Positions 20,021-28,814 are shown, numbered from the stretch's first letter. The stretch: DNA of 64,000 nucleotides from Gammaproteobacteria bacterium (GCA_027315405.1 DAHUYB010000057.1:8380-72379); one strand, 5' to 3'. The notes: a model not told the origin generated them from the sequence alone. Translations and numbers: made by a program.

Positions 20021-20646
20021 CTAGAAAGACAACATGACGTTGAAATAAAGCGTGTTGTTATCCGTGGCATTGCGACCGTCGGATAGCCATAGGCCGGGGT
20101 GCTATTCCAGACGTCCTCCAGAGTAGGCGCGTTGTTGAAGGTGCCACCGAATATCGTATCCATACCGCTCCAGTTCGCATGATTGGCATAGCGCACGTCC
20201 ATCATGTCTACCGCTACTTTGCCCGAATCTTGGTCGTAACCGAGTTCAATGACGGTGCCGACATGTGGCGTCGCCTCCCCCGCCAAGTAGAGCGCCAAGG
20301 TTTGCGGGAATGCGGCACTCGGATTCTGCTGCCCCGGAACCGCTTGGCTCAGACTGGTCAGACCAGCCTGCACAATGGCTGATACCGGCATATCACGGTT
20401 GAGGCTCATGCCGGGTGCCTGCTGGGTTTCCTTGGCCACCACCTGTGCGAGACCGGCCATGGTGTAACCATTCAGCTTGAACTGTCTGCCCAAAGGGGTC
20501 AGCGCGGGATAAATGGTGTGGCAGGCCGCACACGCGAGCCCCGTCTGACGCGAGAAGCTCGGCACCGCATACGCTGCCTGCGTAAACGCTGCCATCCCCA
20601 CCGCAACAAGCACTAACGCGAGCGTACTATGGTGCATGTCACGCAT
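20021..20646 (-). pseudogene. cyc2: Cyc2-type fused cytochrome-porin, internally deleted
   Basis: AVPSFSRQTGLACAACHTIYPALTPLGRQFKLNGY signature; NNAPTLEDVWNSTP; original C-terminus DGRNATDNNTLYFNVMLSF* follows directly in another frame (stop 20021-20023); frameshifted ORF runs to 19993. Confidence 0.85.
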
Positions 20647-20718
20647 GATTCATCTCCCTGTGAGAAACAAGACGCAACCTTGCAATAATTAATAGACACC
20701 GATAAGGCAGCGCGTACC

Positions 20719-20732
20719 TTGATCTAAGTCAA
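20719..20732. promoter_or_regulatory. FNR/Anr-like box upstream of cyc2
   Basis: TTGAT-ctaa-GTCAA (9/10), centred ~80 bp before the cyc2 ATG, with an AT-rich -10-like stretch in between. Confidence 0.62.
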
Positions 20733-20749
20733 CTAACCGCGCGATGGGA

Positions 20750-20910
20750 TCAGGGTTCGAGGTTTATACACAGTCCACCTGCAATGGCAAAAGGCGCAAG
20801 CGTATAAATGCCGGGCACCAGCATGACGCCGAGAAAATGGAGTGGCATTGCCATGGTTTTGCCGTCAGCCGCCTGCGGTGCTCGCGTCAAAGATCGGTAC
20901 TGGCACGCCG
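20750..20910 (-). pseudogene. Decayed duplicate of the ccmB 3' end
   Basis: GVPVPIFDASTAG / PLHFLGVML..TLAPFAIAGGLCINLEP* versus CcmB SVPVLIFGAAAAG..PLYFLGAML..TLAPFAIAGGLRVSLES*. Confidence 0.85.
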
Positions 20911-21244
20911 ATGGAAAATATACGCTCCTGATGCCATCGTGGGATAATGCCGACAAGTCACTGTCACTCGCTTTTCCTCACGTCGTTACCCTGCCCAGAT
21001 ATCAATCTGCTGACGCAGCTTGTGTGAGCCCCTCTGTCTTCATGTCGGTATCCAATCGCCCACCACCACATATTGGCGGCACTGACTCCGCCCCTTTCTC
21101 CTGCCAAGCGTCGCACACCGCGCCCATACCGCAGGACGACAAGCACAGTCAAAACGACGAGCCACCACACCCATCCGGAAAATACCTTCCCTTGAAACAT
21201 CTACCCATGTTTGAACGCGACCACAAAATAAATTTCAATTCCCG

Positions 21245-21256
21245 TCTCAATTACCG
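21245..21256 (+). repeat. Direct repeat, ccmB-proximal copy
   Basis: tctcaattaccg, 10 nt past the ccmB stop. Confidence 0.55.
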
Positions 21257-21266
21257 CATCCGGGAC

Positions 21267-21932
21267 TCAGGACTCGAGACTTACCCTTAGACCACCGGCG
21301 ATGGCGAAGGGTGCAAGTGTCAGCGCCAACATCAGCATGGCGCCAAGAAAATACAAGGGCGCCGCCGCCGGATCACCGAGTGCCGCTCGGCCGGCAGCCG
21401 CTGCGCCGAAAATCAACACCGGCACCGACAGTGGCAACACCAAAATAGGCAATAGCATGCCGCCACGCCGTAATCCCACCGTCAGGCCGGCACCCACCGC
21501 GCCTAAAAAACTCAGCACCGGTGTGCCCAAAAGCAGGCTCATGACCAGCACACCCATGGCGTTCGTCGGGTAATTCAACAACAACGCCATCAGCGACGAC
21601 AGGATTACCAGTGGCAACCCAGTCACCAGCCAATGAGTAAATACCCGCAGCAATACCATCCATTCCAGGGGGATCGGACTCAACAGCATAAGTTCGAGAC
21701 TACCATCTTCGTAATCGCTCTTGAATAGACTATCTTGGCCGATCAAGCCCGCCAACAGTGCCGCTACCCAAATGACCCCTGGCGCAAGACTGCGCAACAA
21801 GGCCGGTTCCGGACTAAGTGCCAGTGGAAACAGGGTGGTGACAATCACGAAAAAAATCACCGGCGTGACCAGCTCGCCTCTGCGGCGATAGGCCAAGCGT
21901 AAATCACGCTCAATGAGCGCAGTGACCCTCAC
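21267..21932 (-). CDS. ccmB: Heme exporter permease CcmB
   Basis: ERDLRLAYR, PGVIWVAALLA, DYEDGSLE, HWLVTGLP; GTGA overlap with ccmA. Confidence 0.93.
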   Translation of the reverse strand: MRVTALIERDLRLAYRRRGELVTPVIFFVIVTTLFPLALSPEPALLRSLAPGVIWVAALLAGLIGQDSLFKSDYEDGSLELMLLSPIPLEWMVLLRVFTHWLVTGLPLVILSSLMALLLNYPTNAMGVLVMSLLLGTPVLSFLGAVGAGLTVGLRRGGMLLPILVLPLSVPVLIFGAAAAGRAALGDPAAAPLYFLGAMLMLALTLAPFAIAGGLRVSLES

Positions 21933-22582
21933 GCTGCCAACCCCAGGGCCACGGCTTTGACCGGGAAAGGCCCGAGGTCCAATAACTGATGGCTGGCAAA
22001 TACCGCGAGCCCGCCGCCGGCCAGATGCGCCTTCAACATTTCTGTCAGTAATGCCACTCCCGACACATCCAGACTGGCAAGGGGCTCGTCTAAAAACCAC
22101 AGGCGGACTCTGGCGAGCAGCAGGCGTGCGAGCGCCGCGCGCCTGCGTTGGCCCATCGACAACATCCCGCAGGGGATATCCGCCTGCGCACTCAAACCCA
22201 CCCTTCCCAGAACTCCCTTCACATCGTCCACAGCGCCGCTATCCGGCAGTGCCAGCAGCGCACAGAAGGCGGCCAGGTTTTCCCGTGGGCTCAAACCCAG
22301 TTTGACGCCATTGCTGTGGCCCAGGTAAGCCAGACACGCACGGTATTCCGCACCGCTACGGCGCAGGGGTTCGCCGCGCCAGCGCACCTCCCCTTCATCG
22401 GCACGGCCGAGGCCCGTGAGCACACGGATCAAGGTGGTTTTGCCGGCGCCGTTTTCGCCCTGCACCTGTAGCGCCTCACCGGCAGATAACTGGAAACTAA
22501 GATCCCGGCATAAACAGCGTTCTCCACGCCAAATAGCCAGGTTGTGGGCCGAGAGGGCTTGCGAGGCGGCCGGTTCGTACAT
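21929..22582 (-). CDS. ccmA: Heme exporter ATP-binding protein CcmA
   Basis: GENGAGKTT, YLGH, LSMGQRRR, LDEP. Confidence 0.94.
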   Translation of the reverse strand: MYEPAASQALSAHNLAIWRGERCLCRDLSFQLSAGEALQVQGENGAGKTTLIRVLTGLGRADEGEVRWRGEPLRRSGAEYRACLAYLGHSNGVKLGLSPRENLAAFCALLALPDSGAVDDVKGVLGRVGLSAQADIPCGMLSMGQRRRAALARLLLARVRLWFLDEPLASLDVSGVALLTEMLKAHLAGGGLAVFASHQLLDLGPFPVKAVALGLAA

Positions 22583-22592
22583 GGATCGTTAT

Positions 22593-22681
22593 TGGTGCCC
22601 GGGGCCGGAGTCGAACCGGCACAGCCGTTGCCGGCTAACGGATTTTAAGTCCGTTGCGTCTACCTGTTCCGCCACCCGGGC
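22593..22681 (-). tRNA. tRNA-Leu (TAA)
   Basis: gcccgggtggcggaacaggtagacgc...ttaaaa loop, long variable arm, ggttcgactcc, CCA end. Confidence 0.95.
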
Positions 22682-22700
22682 CGCAAAAACGCCATGCATT

Positions 22701-22774
22701 TGGAGGCTAGGGTCGGAATTGAACCGGCGTACACGGCTTTGCAGGCCGCTGCATGACCACTCTGCCACCTAGCC
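22701..22774 (-). tRNA. tRNA-Cys (GCA)
   Basis: ggctaggtggcagagtggt...ctgcaaa loop, ggttcaattcc, CCA end. Confidence 0.95.
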
Positions 22775-22800
22775 CTACCTGAAGTGTGAAAAACCCGCGA

Positions 22801-22809
22801 AATTTACCA
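22801..22809 (-). promoter_or_regulatory. Putative extended -10 promoter for tRNA-Cys/tRNA-Leu/ccmA
   Basis: TGgTAAATT followed by GC-rich cgcggg discriminator. Confidence 0.4.
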
Positions 22810-22860
22810 CAAATGGCCCGCTAGTTTCAGTTCCAAAGCCGTCAAAACCGGCCGAAGAAA

Positions 22861-22889
22861 TAAAAACCCCGGCTGCTAACCGGGGTTTC
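22861..22889 (-). terminator. Intrinsic terminator after tRNA-Gly
   Basis: aaaccccggttagcagccggggttttta: GC stem plus T run. Confidence 0.65.
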
Positions 22890-22893
22890 AATC

Positions 22894-22969
22894 TGGAGCG
22901 GGAAACGAGGCTCGAACTCGCGACCTCAACCTTGGCAAGGTTGCGCTCTACCAACTGAGCTATTCCCGC
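22894..22969 (-). tRNA. tRNA-Gly (GCC)
   Basis: gcgggaatagctcagttggtagagc...ttgccaa loop, gttcgag, CCA end; follows pgsA as in glyW-cysT-leuZ loci. Confidence 0.97.
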
Positions 22970-22983
22970 ATCAAGGGGGCGAT

Positions 22984-23011
22984 ATTGTAGGGCTGTTCCC
23001 CGCTCTGTCAA
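22984..23011 (-). promoter_or_regulatory. Sigma70 promoter of tRNA-Gly
   Basis: TTGACA-N16-TACAAT with GC-rich discriminator. Confidence 0.75.
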
Positions 23012-23015
23012 GGCG

Positions 23016-23576
23016 CTAACGCTTGCGGCTCAACTCCGGCCAGGCCGCGACCAAATACAGACACATTGACCACAGCGTCAACGCCGCCGCGATAAGCAGC
23101 AGCGCCATGCCGATAGCATAGATCGGTACGGCTTTGATGCTATGGCGATACAGCAACAGCACGATCGCCAGCATCTGTGTCGCAGTTTTTGCCTTGCCAA
23201 GCCAGGATACCGCAACGCGTTTGCGTGCACCCAGCCCCGACATCCATTCGCGTAATGCCGAGATGGTGATTTCACGGCCGATGATGATGATCACCGGAAT
23301 CGCCAGCGTCACACGCGCATCCGCTTGCAGCAACAAAACCAGCGCTACCGTCACCATGAGCTTATCCGCTACCGGATCGAGAAACTCTCCGAACGGCGAA
23401 GTCTGGTTCCAGCGGCGCGCCAGCCAGCCGTCAAACCAATCGGTGATACCCGCCAGCGCGAAGATAAGGGCGCTTACCGGCCGCGCCCAGGCAAAATGCA
23501 GGTAGAAAACCGCCACAAACACCGGGATGAGCGCGATGCGCAGCAAGGTCAACAAATTCGGCCAATTGAATTTCAC
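23016..23576 (-). CDS. pgsA: CDP-diacylglycerol--glycerol-3-phosphate 3-phosphatidyltransferase
   Basis: PNLLTLLR, TDWFDGWLAR..FGEFLDPVADK; follows uvrC. Confidence 0.95.
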   Translation of the reverse strand: MKFNWPNLLTLLRIALIPVFVAVFYLHFAWARPVSALIFALAGITDWFDGWLARRWNQTSPFGEFLDPVADKLMVTVALVLLLQADARVTLAIPVIIIIGREITISALREWMSGLGARKRVAVSWLGKAKTATQMLAIVLLLYRHSIKAVPIYAIGMALLLIAAALTLWSMCLYLVAAWPELSRKR

Positions 23577-23589
23577 GCTTGCTGCTCAG

Positions 23590-25416
23590 TTATTGGGTGT
23601 GCAATAAGGCATAAATGCGCTCCGCCAGTTCGCGGCTGATGCCGCGCACGCTCGCCAGATCCTCGACTCCGGCGCGCGACACTCCCTGCAAACCGCCGAA
23701 CTGTTTCATCAATTGCTGGCGACGCTTGGAGCCAAGGCCCGGGATGCTTTCCAGCACCGAAGTATTGCGTGCCCGCGCACGCCGTTGACGGTGACCGGTG
23801 ATCGCGAACCGGTGCGCCTCATCACGGATTTGCTGGATCAGGAGCAAGGCCGGTGAATCCGGCGGCAGTATAAGTGGCGTTTGGCGGCCGGACAAGAAAA
23901 GCTGTTCCAGCCCCGGCTTGCGTGTCGGGCCTTTGGCGACGCCTACCAGCGCCACACCTTCCACCTGCAGCTCCTCAAGCACTTTTTCCGCCGCATGCAA
24001 TTGACCCTTACCGCCATCTATAAACAGCACGTCCGGCATCAGGCCCTCGCCTTTCTTCAGGCGTGTGTAACGCCGCCTGAGAGCCTGATGCATGGCGGCG
24101 TAATCATCCGCCGGCGCTGTGCCTTCAATATTAAAGCGGCGATATTGCTCTTTGAGCGGCCCATTCGAATCAAACACCACGCAAGATGCCACCGTGCCCT
24201 CACCCATGGTATGACTGATGTCGAAGCATTCCAGGCGTGCCGGTAATTGCTCTAACTCCAGAATCTCCTGCAGGGATTCGAAACGCTGCCGCAGGCCCGC
24301 ATCCATGGCAAGGCGCAGATTGAGGGCCTGTGTGGCATTCGCCTGGGTCAGTGCCAACAAGCGCAGGCCGTCGCCGCGCTGCGGATAGCGTATGCGGACC
24401 CGCCGGCCGGACTGTTCGGATAAAGCGGTTTGCAGCAGCGTCACCCCCATCACCTTTACAGCAACCAAGATTTCTTTGGGGATATCCCGACCCAGGTAGT
24501 ATTGTGGCAGAAATGCCGACAACACTTCTTGTAACGAAGTTTCACCCGTTACCTTTGGATAAAAAGTGCGGCTACCCAGATTATGGCCGCCGCGCACCAG
24601 CATGACCGCAATACAGGAAATGCCGGAACGCCTATCAGCGGCGATGACGTCATAATCTCCATGCTGCGTACTGATATGCTGACGTCCACTGGTATGACGC
24701 AGACTGGCGATCTGGTCGCGGTAACGCGCCGCCAGCTCAAAATCCTGGCGCGTGGAAGCGCTTTCCATGCGTTTCACCATCTCGTCAATGACTGCGCGGG
24801 TACGGCCCTCCAGAAATAGGACGGCATGATGCACGTCGTGGGCATAGTCTTCCTTGTCAATCAGCCGCACACACGGCGCCGAGCAATGCTTGATCTGGTA
24901 TTGCAGGCAAGGACGGCTGCGGTTTCTGAAAAACACATCGTTGCACTGGCGCAGCAGAAACAGTTTCTGCAGCAGATTCACAGTCTCACGTGCCGCGTGG
25001 GCGCTGGGATAGGGGCCGAAATACTGGCCGCTTTCACGGCGCCGGCCGCGGTAAACGGTCAGTCGCGGATAGGGACTGCCGATATCAAGGTGAATATAGG
25101 GATAGCTCTTGTCATCGCGCAGCACCACGTTGTAATGCGGGTGGTGTTGCTTGATGAGGTTGTTCTCCAGCAACAGTGCCTCGGTCTCCGTATGCGTCAC
25201 GGTCACATCAACGCTGACCATATGCTGCATCATGGCGTGCGTCTTCGCTGACATGCCGCTTTTGCGAAAATAACTGGTAAGCCGCTTTTTCAGATTGCCG
25301 GCTTTTCCCACATATAGAATTTTATCGCGCGCATCCAGCATGCGGTACACCCCGGGTGCTGTCGTGACATGCTTCAGGAAATTCGCGCTGTCAAATGCCG
25401 GTAGGGACCCGCTCAT
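23590..25416 (-). CDS. uvrC: Excinuclease ABC subunit C
   Basis: PGVY..YVGKA GIY-YIG domain, ECFDISH, IDGGKGQ, IRDEAHRFA, HhH. Confidence 0.96.
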   Translation of the reverse strand: MSGSLPAFDSANFLKHVTTAPGVYRMLDARDKILYVGKAGNLKKRLTSYFRKSGMSAKTHAMMQHMVSVDVTVTHTETEALLLENNLIKQHHPHYNVVLRDDKSYPYIHLDIGSPYPRLTVYRGRRRESGQYFGPYPSAHAARETVNLLQKLFLLRQCNDVFFRNRSRPCLQYQIKHCSAPCVRLIDKEDYAHDVHHAVLFLEGRTRAVIDEMVKRMESASTRQDFELAARYRDQIASLRHTSGRQHISTQHGDYDVIAADRRSGISCIAVMLVRGGHNLGSRTFYPKVTGETSLQEVLSAFLPQYYLGRDIPKEILVAVKVMGVTLLQTALSEQSGRRVRIRYPQRGDGLRLLALTQANATQALNLRLAMDAGLRQRFESLQEILELEQLPARLECFDISHTMGEGTVASCVVFDSNGPLKEQYRRFNIEGTAPADDYAAMHQALRRRYTRLKKGEGLMPDVLFIDGGKGQLHAAEKVLEELQVEGVALVGVAKGPTRKPGLEQLFLSGRQTPLILPPDSPALLLIQQIRDEAHRFAITGHRQRRARARNTSVLESIPGLGSKRRQQLMKQFGGLQGVSRAGVEDLASVRGISRELAERIYALLHTQ

Positions 25417-26066
25417 CGAGCCATATCCATGCGCTGCAACTGTGACCGTGCGTGTTTGATAACCGTCTCGAACATGGGCAATGTCAAACGCCGGGTCTGG
25501 GTGTTGTAGCGGCTGCAATGATAGGAATCCAGCAAGCTGATGCTTGTGGTCAACGTATGGCTCGTGCCGTGACGAAAGCGGAACAAACTGGGTTTAATCC
25601 TGAGCGCGCTCAACACTGCTTCATGGGCAATATGCCCAAGTGCCAGCACCACTGCGTTTGCGGGCAGCCGCGCCAATTCCGCCCGTAAATAGTGGTTGCA
25701 GGTTACGATTTCATTGCGTGCAGGTTTATTTTTTGGAGGTACGCATTTAACCGCATTGGTGATACGGCAATCATGCAATTGCAGCCCATCGTCCAGCGCC
25801 CGGGATTGCGGTGCGCTGGCAAAACCGAACTTGTGCAGGGTCTGGTACAGCAGGATGCCGGCGTGGTCACCTGTGAATGGCCGTCCACTGGCATTGGCAC
25901 CGTGCAGACCTGGCGCCAATCCCACCACCAGCAGACGTGCCTGCGGATCGCCGAATGGGGGCACCGGCCGCGCATGGTAATCGGGATGCGCGCGGCGCAC
26001 CTCGGCAAGAAAACCCGCGAGGCGTGGGCAACGAGTGCAGCGGATATCGAAATTACTGGAACGCAT
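25413..26066 (-). CDS. Family 5 uracil-DNA glycosylase (4Fe-4S, UdgB-like)
   Basis: CTRCPRL, GLAPGLHGANASGRPFTGD, KCVPP, SYHCSRYN. Confidence 0.9.
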   Translation of the reverse strand: MRSSNFDIRCTRCPRLAGFLAEVRRAHPDYHARPVPPFGDPQARLLVVGLAPGLHGANASGRPFTGDHAGILLYQTLHKFGFASAPQSRALDDGLQLHDCRITNAVKCVPPKNKPARNEIVTCNHYLRAELARLPANAVVLALGHIAHEAVLSALRIKPSLFRFRHGTSHTLTTSISLLDSYHCSRYNTQTRRLTLPMFETVIKHARSQLQRMDMAR

Positions 26067-26104
26067 GCCAAAGTGTAACCGGGATATCGCTGTGCGTCAG
26101 CGGG

Positions 26105-26767
26105 TCAATCGGGGGTGCCGGCGTGCTCCGGTCTTTCTTCAATGACACCGTAGCGCAGCGCCAGCCGGGTCAGTTCCACCGCATTGCTGACACCGAGCTT
26201 CTGGAACAAACGTGTACGATAGGTACTCACGGTTTTGGGACTCAAGTGCAGTTTCTCGGCAATGGCCTGCGGCGATTCACCGCCCGTGGTCATCAGCATC
26301 ACCTGGGTTTCGCGCTGCGATAGCTGCTCGAAAGGCGAGCCGTGCGTTCTACTCACCGCCGACAGCGCCAGCTGCTGGGCAATCACGGGGGTAATATAAC
26401 GCCTGCCAGCATGTACTTGACGGATGGCGGTGATGATTTCATCAGCCGCGCAGTCCTTGGTGAGATAGCCCTGGGCGCCGGCTTCCATGAGCCGCAGGGG
26501 GAAAGGCTCGGTGGCATGCACGGAAACCACGATGACCTTGAGGTCGGGTTGAGTGGCCAGCAGCTTACGCGTGGCTTCGAATCCGCCGATGCCCGGCATG
26601 TTCACGTCCATCAGCACCACATCGGCTTTGAGTGTGCGGCTCAACGCGATGGCGGCTTCTCCCGAGTCGGCCTCGCCCGCGATGCGCACATCCGGCGTAT
26701 CTTCGAGTATCAGACGAATCCCTGTCCGCACAAGCTTGTGGTCATCCACCAGCAGGACACGGATCAT
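26105..26767 (-). CDS. uvrY: UvrY/GacA/LetA response regulator
   Basis: LVDDH, DVNMPGIGG, LuxR HTH LSPKTVSTYR; upstream of uvrC. Confidence 0.9.
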   Translation of the reverse strand: MIRVLLVDDHKLVRTGIRLILEDTPDVRIAGEADSGEAAIALSRTLKADVVLMDVNMPGIGGFEATRKLLATQPDLKVIVVSVHATEPFPLRLMEAGAQGYLTKDCAADEIITAIRQVHAGRRYITPVIAQQLALSAVSRTHGSPFEQLSQRETQVMLMTTGGESPQAIAEKLHLSPKTVSTYRTRLFQKLGVSNAVELTRLALRYGVIEERPEHAGTPD

Positions 26768-26854
26768 TTCTGCCCTTCTTTTCGAAAAATCGGAATGCCT
26801 GAGATCAAGGTTACTTCAAACCCACGCCCCTGCCCATAGCCAGGGTCACTAATT

Positions 26855-28186
26855 TCACGGCATATTGGCGATAACCGCGTCGCCAAACCCCGAACAGCCC
26901 ACTAGGGATGCGCCCGGTATGAGTTTTTGCATCTTCTCTTCCACGTTCTTGCGCGCGGCGATATCGCGCTTGGACACCCGGATCGCCTCCCGTAGCCGCG
27001 CCAGATCGTAAGTCATGATTTTTTTTGCGATGGTTTGCGCCACTCCGTGCATGATCTTGTCAGCCGCTTCGATCCAGCCCAGATAGCGCAGCATCATCTC
27101 CGCCGAGAGGATCAGCGAGCCGGGATTCACCTGGTCTTTGCCGGCGAATCCCGGCGCCGTGCCGTGGGTGGCCTCAAAGACCGCTATCGCGTCCGAGATG
27201 TTGGCGCCCGGCGCGATGCCGATACCGCCTACCTGGGCCGCCAGCGCATCTGAAATGTAGTCGCCATTGAGATTCAGGGTGGCGATCACGTCAAAATCCT
27301 CCGGCCGCATGAGGATCTGCTGCAGAAAGTTGTCGGCGATCACATCTTTGACCACAATGTAATGGCCGGTCTTGGGGTTTCTGAACTTGCACCAGGGGCC
27401 GCCATCGATGTCCAGCGCTCCGAATTCCTCCTTGGCAAGCTGGTAGCCCCAGTTGCGGAACGCGCCTTCCGTGAATTTCATGATGTTGCCCTTATGCACC
27501 AGCGTTACCGAGACGCGGTCGTTGTCAATGGCGTAACGGATCGCCTTGCGTACCAGCCGCTGCGAGCCTTCCTTGGACACCGGTTTGATGCCGAGGCCGG
27601 AGCTGTTGGGAAAGCGGATGGCAGTCACGCCCATTTGGCGCTGCAGGAAATCGATGACTTTATGCACTTCCGGCGTGCCCGCGGCCCACTCGATGCCGGC
27701 ATAGATATCCTCGGTGTTCTCGCGGAACACCACCATGTCGGTGAGCTCCGAATCTTTCATGGGCGTGGACACGCCGGGGAAATAGCGGATCGGGCGCACG
27801 CAGGCGTACAGGTCCAGCGCCTGGCGGATGACCACGTTCAAGGAGCGGATGCCGCCGCCGACGGGTGTGCCCAACGGACCCTTGATGGAGACCACGCACT
27901 CGCGCATGGCCTGCAAGGTCTCATCCGGCAAATAACTATCCTTGCCGTATTTCTGCATGGCCTGTTCGCCCGCATAGATTTCCATCCAGGCCATCCTGCG
28001 TTGGCTGCCATAAGCCTTGTGCACTGCGGCCTCCACCACCCTGCGCATGACCGGCGTCACGTCCACGCCGATGCCATCGCCCACTATATAAGGAATGATG
28101 GGTTGATCCGGGACGCTGATGCTGAAATCAGTATTGACCTTAATGGCAGCGCCGCCGGCGGGCGGCACGATTTTGGCGAACTTCAT
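26855..28186 (-). CDS. icd: Homodimeric isocitrate dehydrogenase
   Basis: [51 protein letters not shown]. Confidence 0.95.
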   Translation of the reverse strand: MKFAKIVPPAGGAAIKVNTDFSISVPDQPIIPYIVGDGIGVDVTPVMRRVVEAAVHKAYGSQRRMAWMEIYAGEQAMQKYGKDSYLPDETLQAMRECVVSIKGPLGTPVGGGIRSLNVVIRQALDLYACVRPIRYFPGVSTPMKDSELTDMVVFRENTEDIYAGIEWAAGTPEVHKVIDFLQRQMGVTAIRFPNSSGLGIKPVSKEGSQRLVRKAIRYAIDNDRVSVTLVHKGNIMKFTEGAFRNWGYQLAKEEFGALDIDGGPWCKFRNPKTGHYIVVKDVIADNFLQQILMRPEDFDVIATLNLNGDYISDALAAQVGGIGIAPGANISDAIAVFEATHGTAPGFAGKDQVNPGSLILSAEMMLRYLGWIEAADKIMHGVAQTIAKKIMTYDLARLREAIRVSKRDIAARKNVEEKMQKLIPGASLVGCSGFGDAVIANMP

Positions 28187-28276
28187 TACTGAAGCCTCAT
28201 GGCGGGAGAACAGGGCTGCGGCACACAAACCGCAGCTCAAGCATAATCATAACACGCAGGTATAAATGGTCCGGTA

Positions 28277-28810
28277 ATGCCAACGCTGCTGTTCAACAAA
28301 CCCTATGGCGTCATCTGTCAGTTCAGCGGCAACGGCAGCCGTCCGACGCTCGCGGATTTCATTGCCGTGAAGAATGTCTACCCCGCCGGACGACTGGATA
28401 CGGACAGTGAAGGGCTGGTGATGCTGACGAATGACGGCCGTTTACAGAGCCGCATCAGCCATCCGCGCCACAGGTTATCGAAGACTTATTGGGTACAGGT
28501 GGAACGCAACCCCACCGCGGACGACCTGGAGCGCTTGCGCGTTGGTATTACGCTGAACGACGGCCCTACCCTGCCCGCGGAAGCGCGGCCGATTCCTGAA
28601 CCGGAAAATCTCTGGCCCCGTGATCCACCCATCCGTTTCCGCAAAAACAGTCCCACAGCCTGGATTGAAGTGAAATTATGCGAAGGCCGCAACCGGCAGG
28701 TGCGACGCATGACTGCGGCGATTGGCTACCCGACACTTCGATTGATCCGTTGGCAGATCGGCGATTGGACACTTGCCGGGCTCTATCCCGGCAAATGGCG
28801 CGAACTGTGA
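28277..28810 (+). CDS. rluE: 23S rRNA pseudouridine synthase E
   Basis: [32 protein letters not shown]; divergent from icd. Confidence 0.9.
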   Translation: MPTLLFNKPYGVICQFSGNGSRPTLADFIAVKNVYPAGRLDTDSEGLVMLTNDGRLQSRISHPRHRLSKTYWVQVERNPTADDLERLRVGITLNDGPTLPAEARPIPEPENLWPRDPPIRFRKNSPTAWIEVKLCEGRNRQVRRMTAAIGYPTLRLIRWQIGDWTLAGLYPGKWREL

Positions 28811-28814
28811 GCAG

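Larger units (their letters stand above)
15905..21256. mobile_element. Cytochrome/Cyc2 islet inserted between ccmB and ccmC (no integrase seen)
   Basis: Separates normally adjacent ccmB and ccmC; ends carry tctcaattgccg (15905-15916) and tctcaattaccg (21245-21256). Confidence 0.6.

Noticed and set aside
20964-21200. 78-aa ORF with one hydrophobic segment inside the islet
   Set aside because: No recognisable motif; could be a decayed small membrane protein
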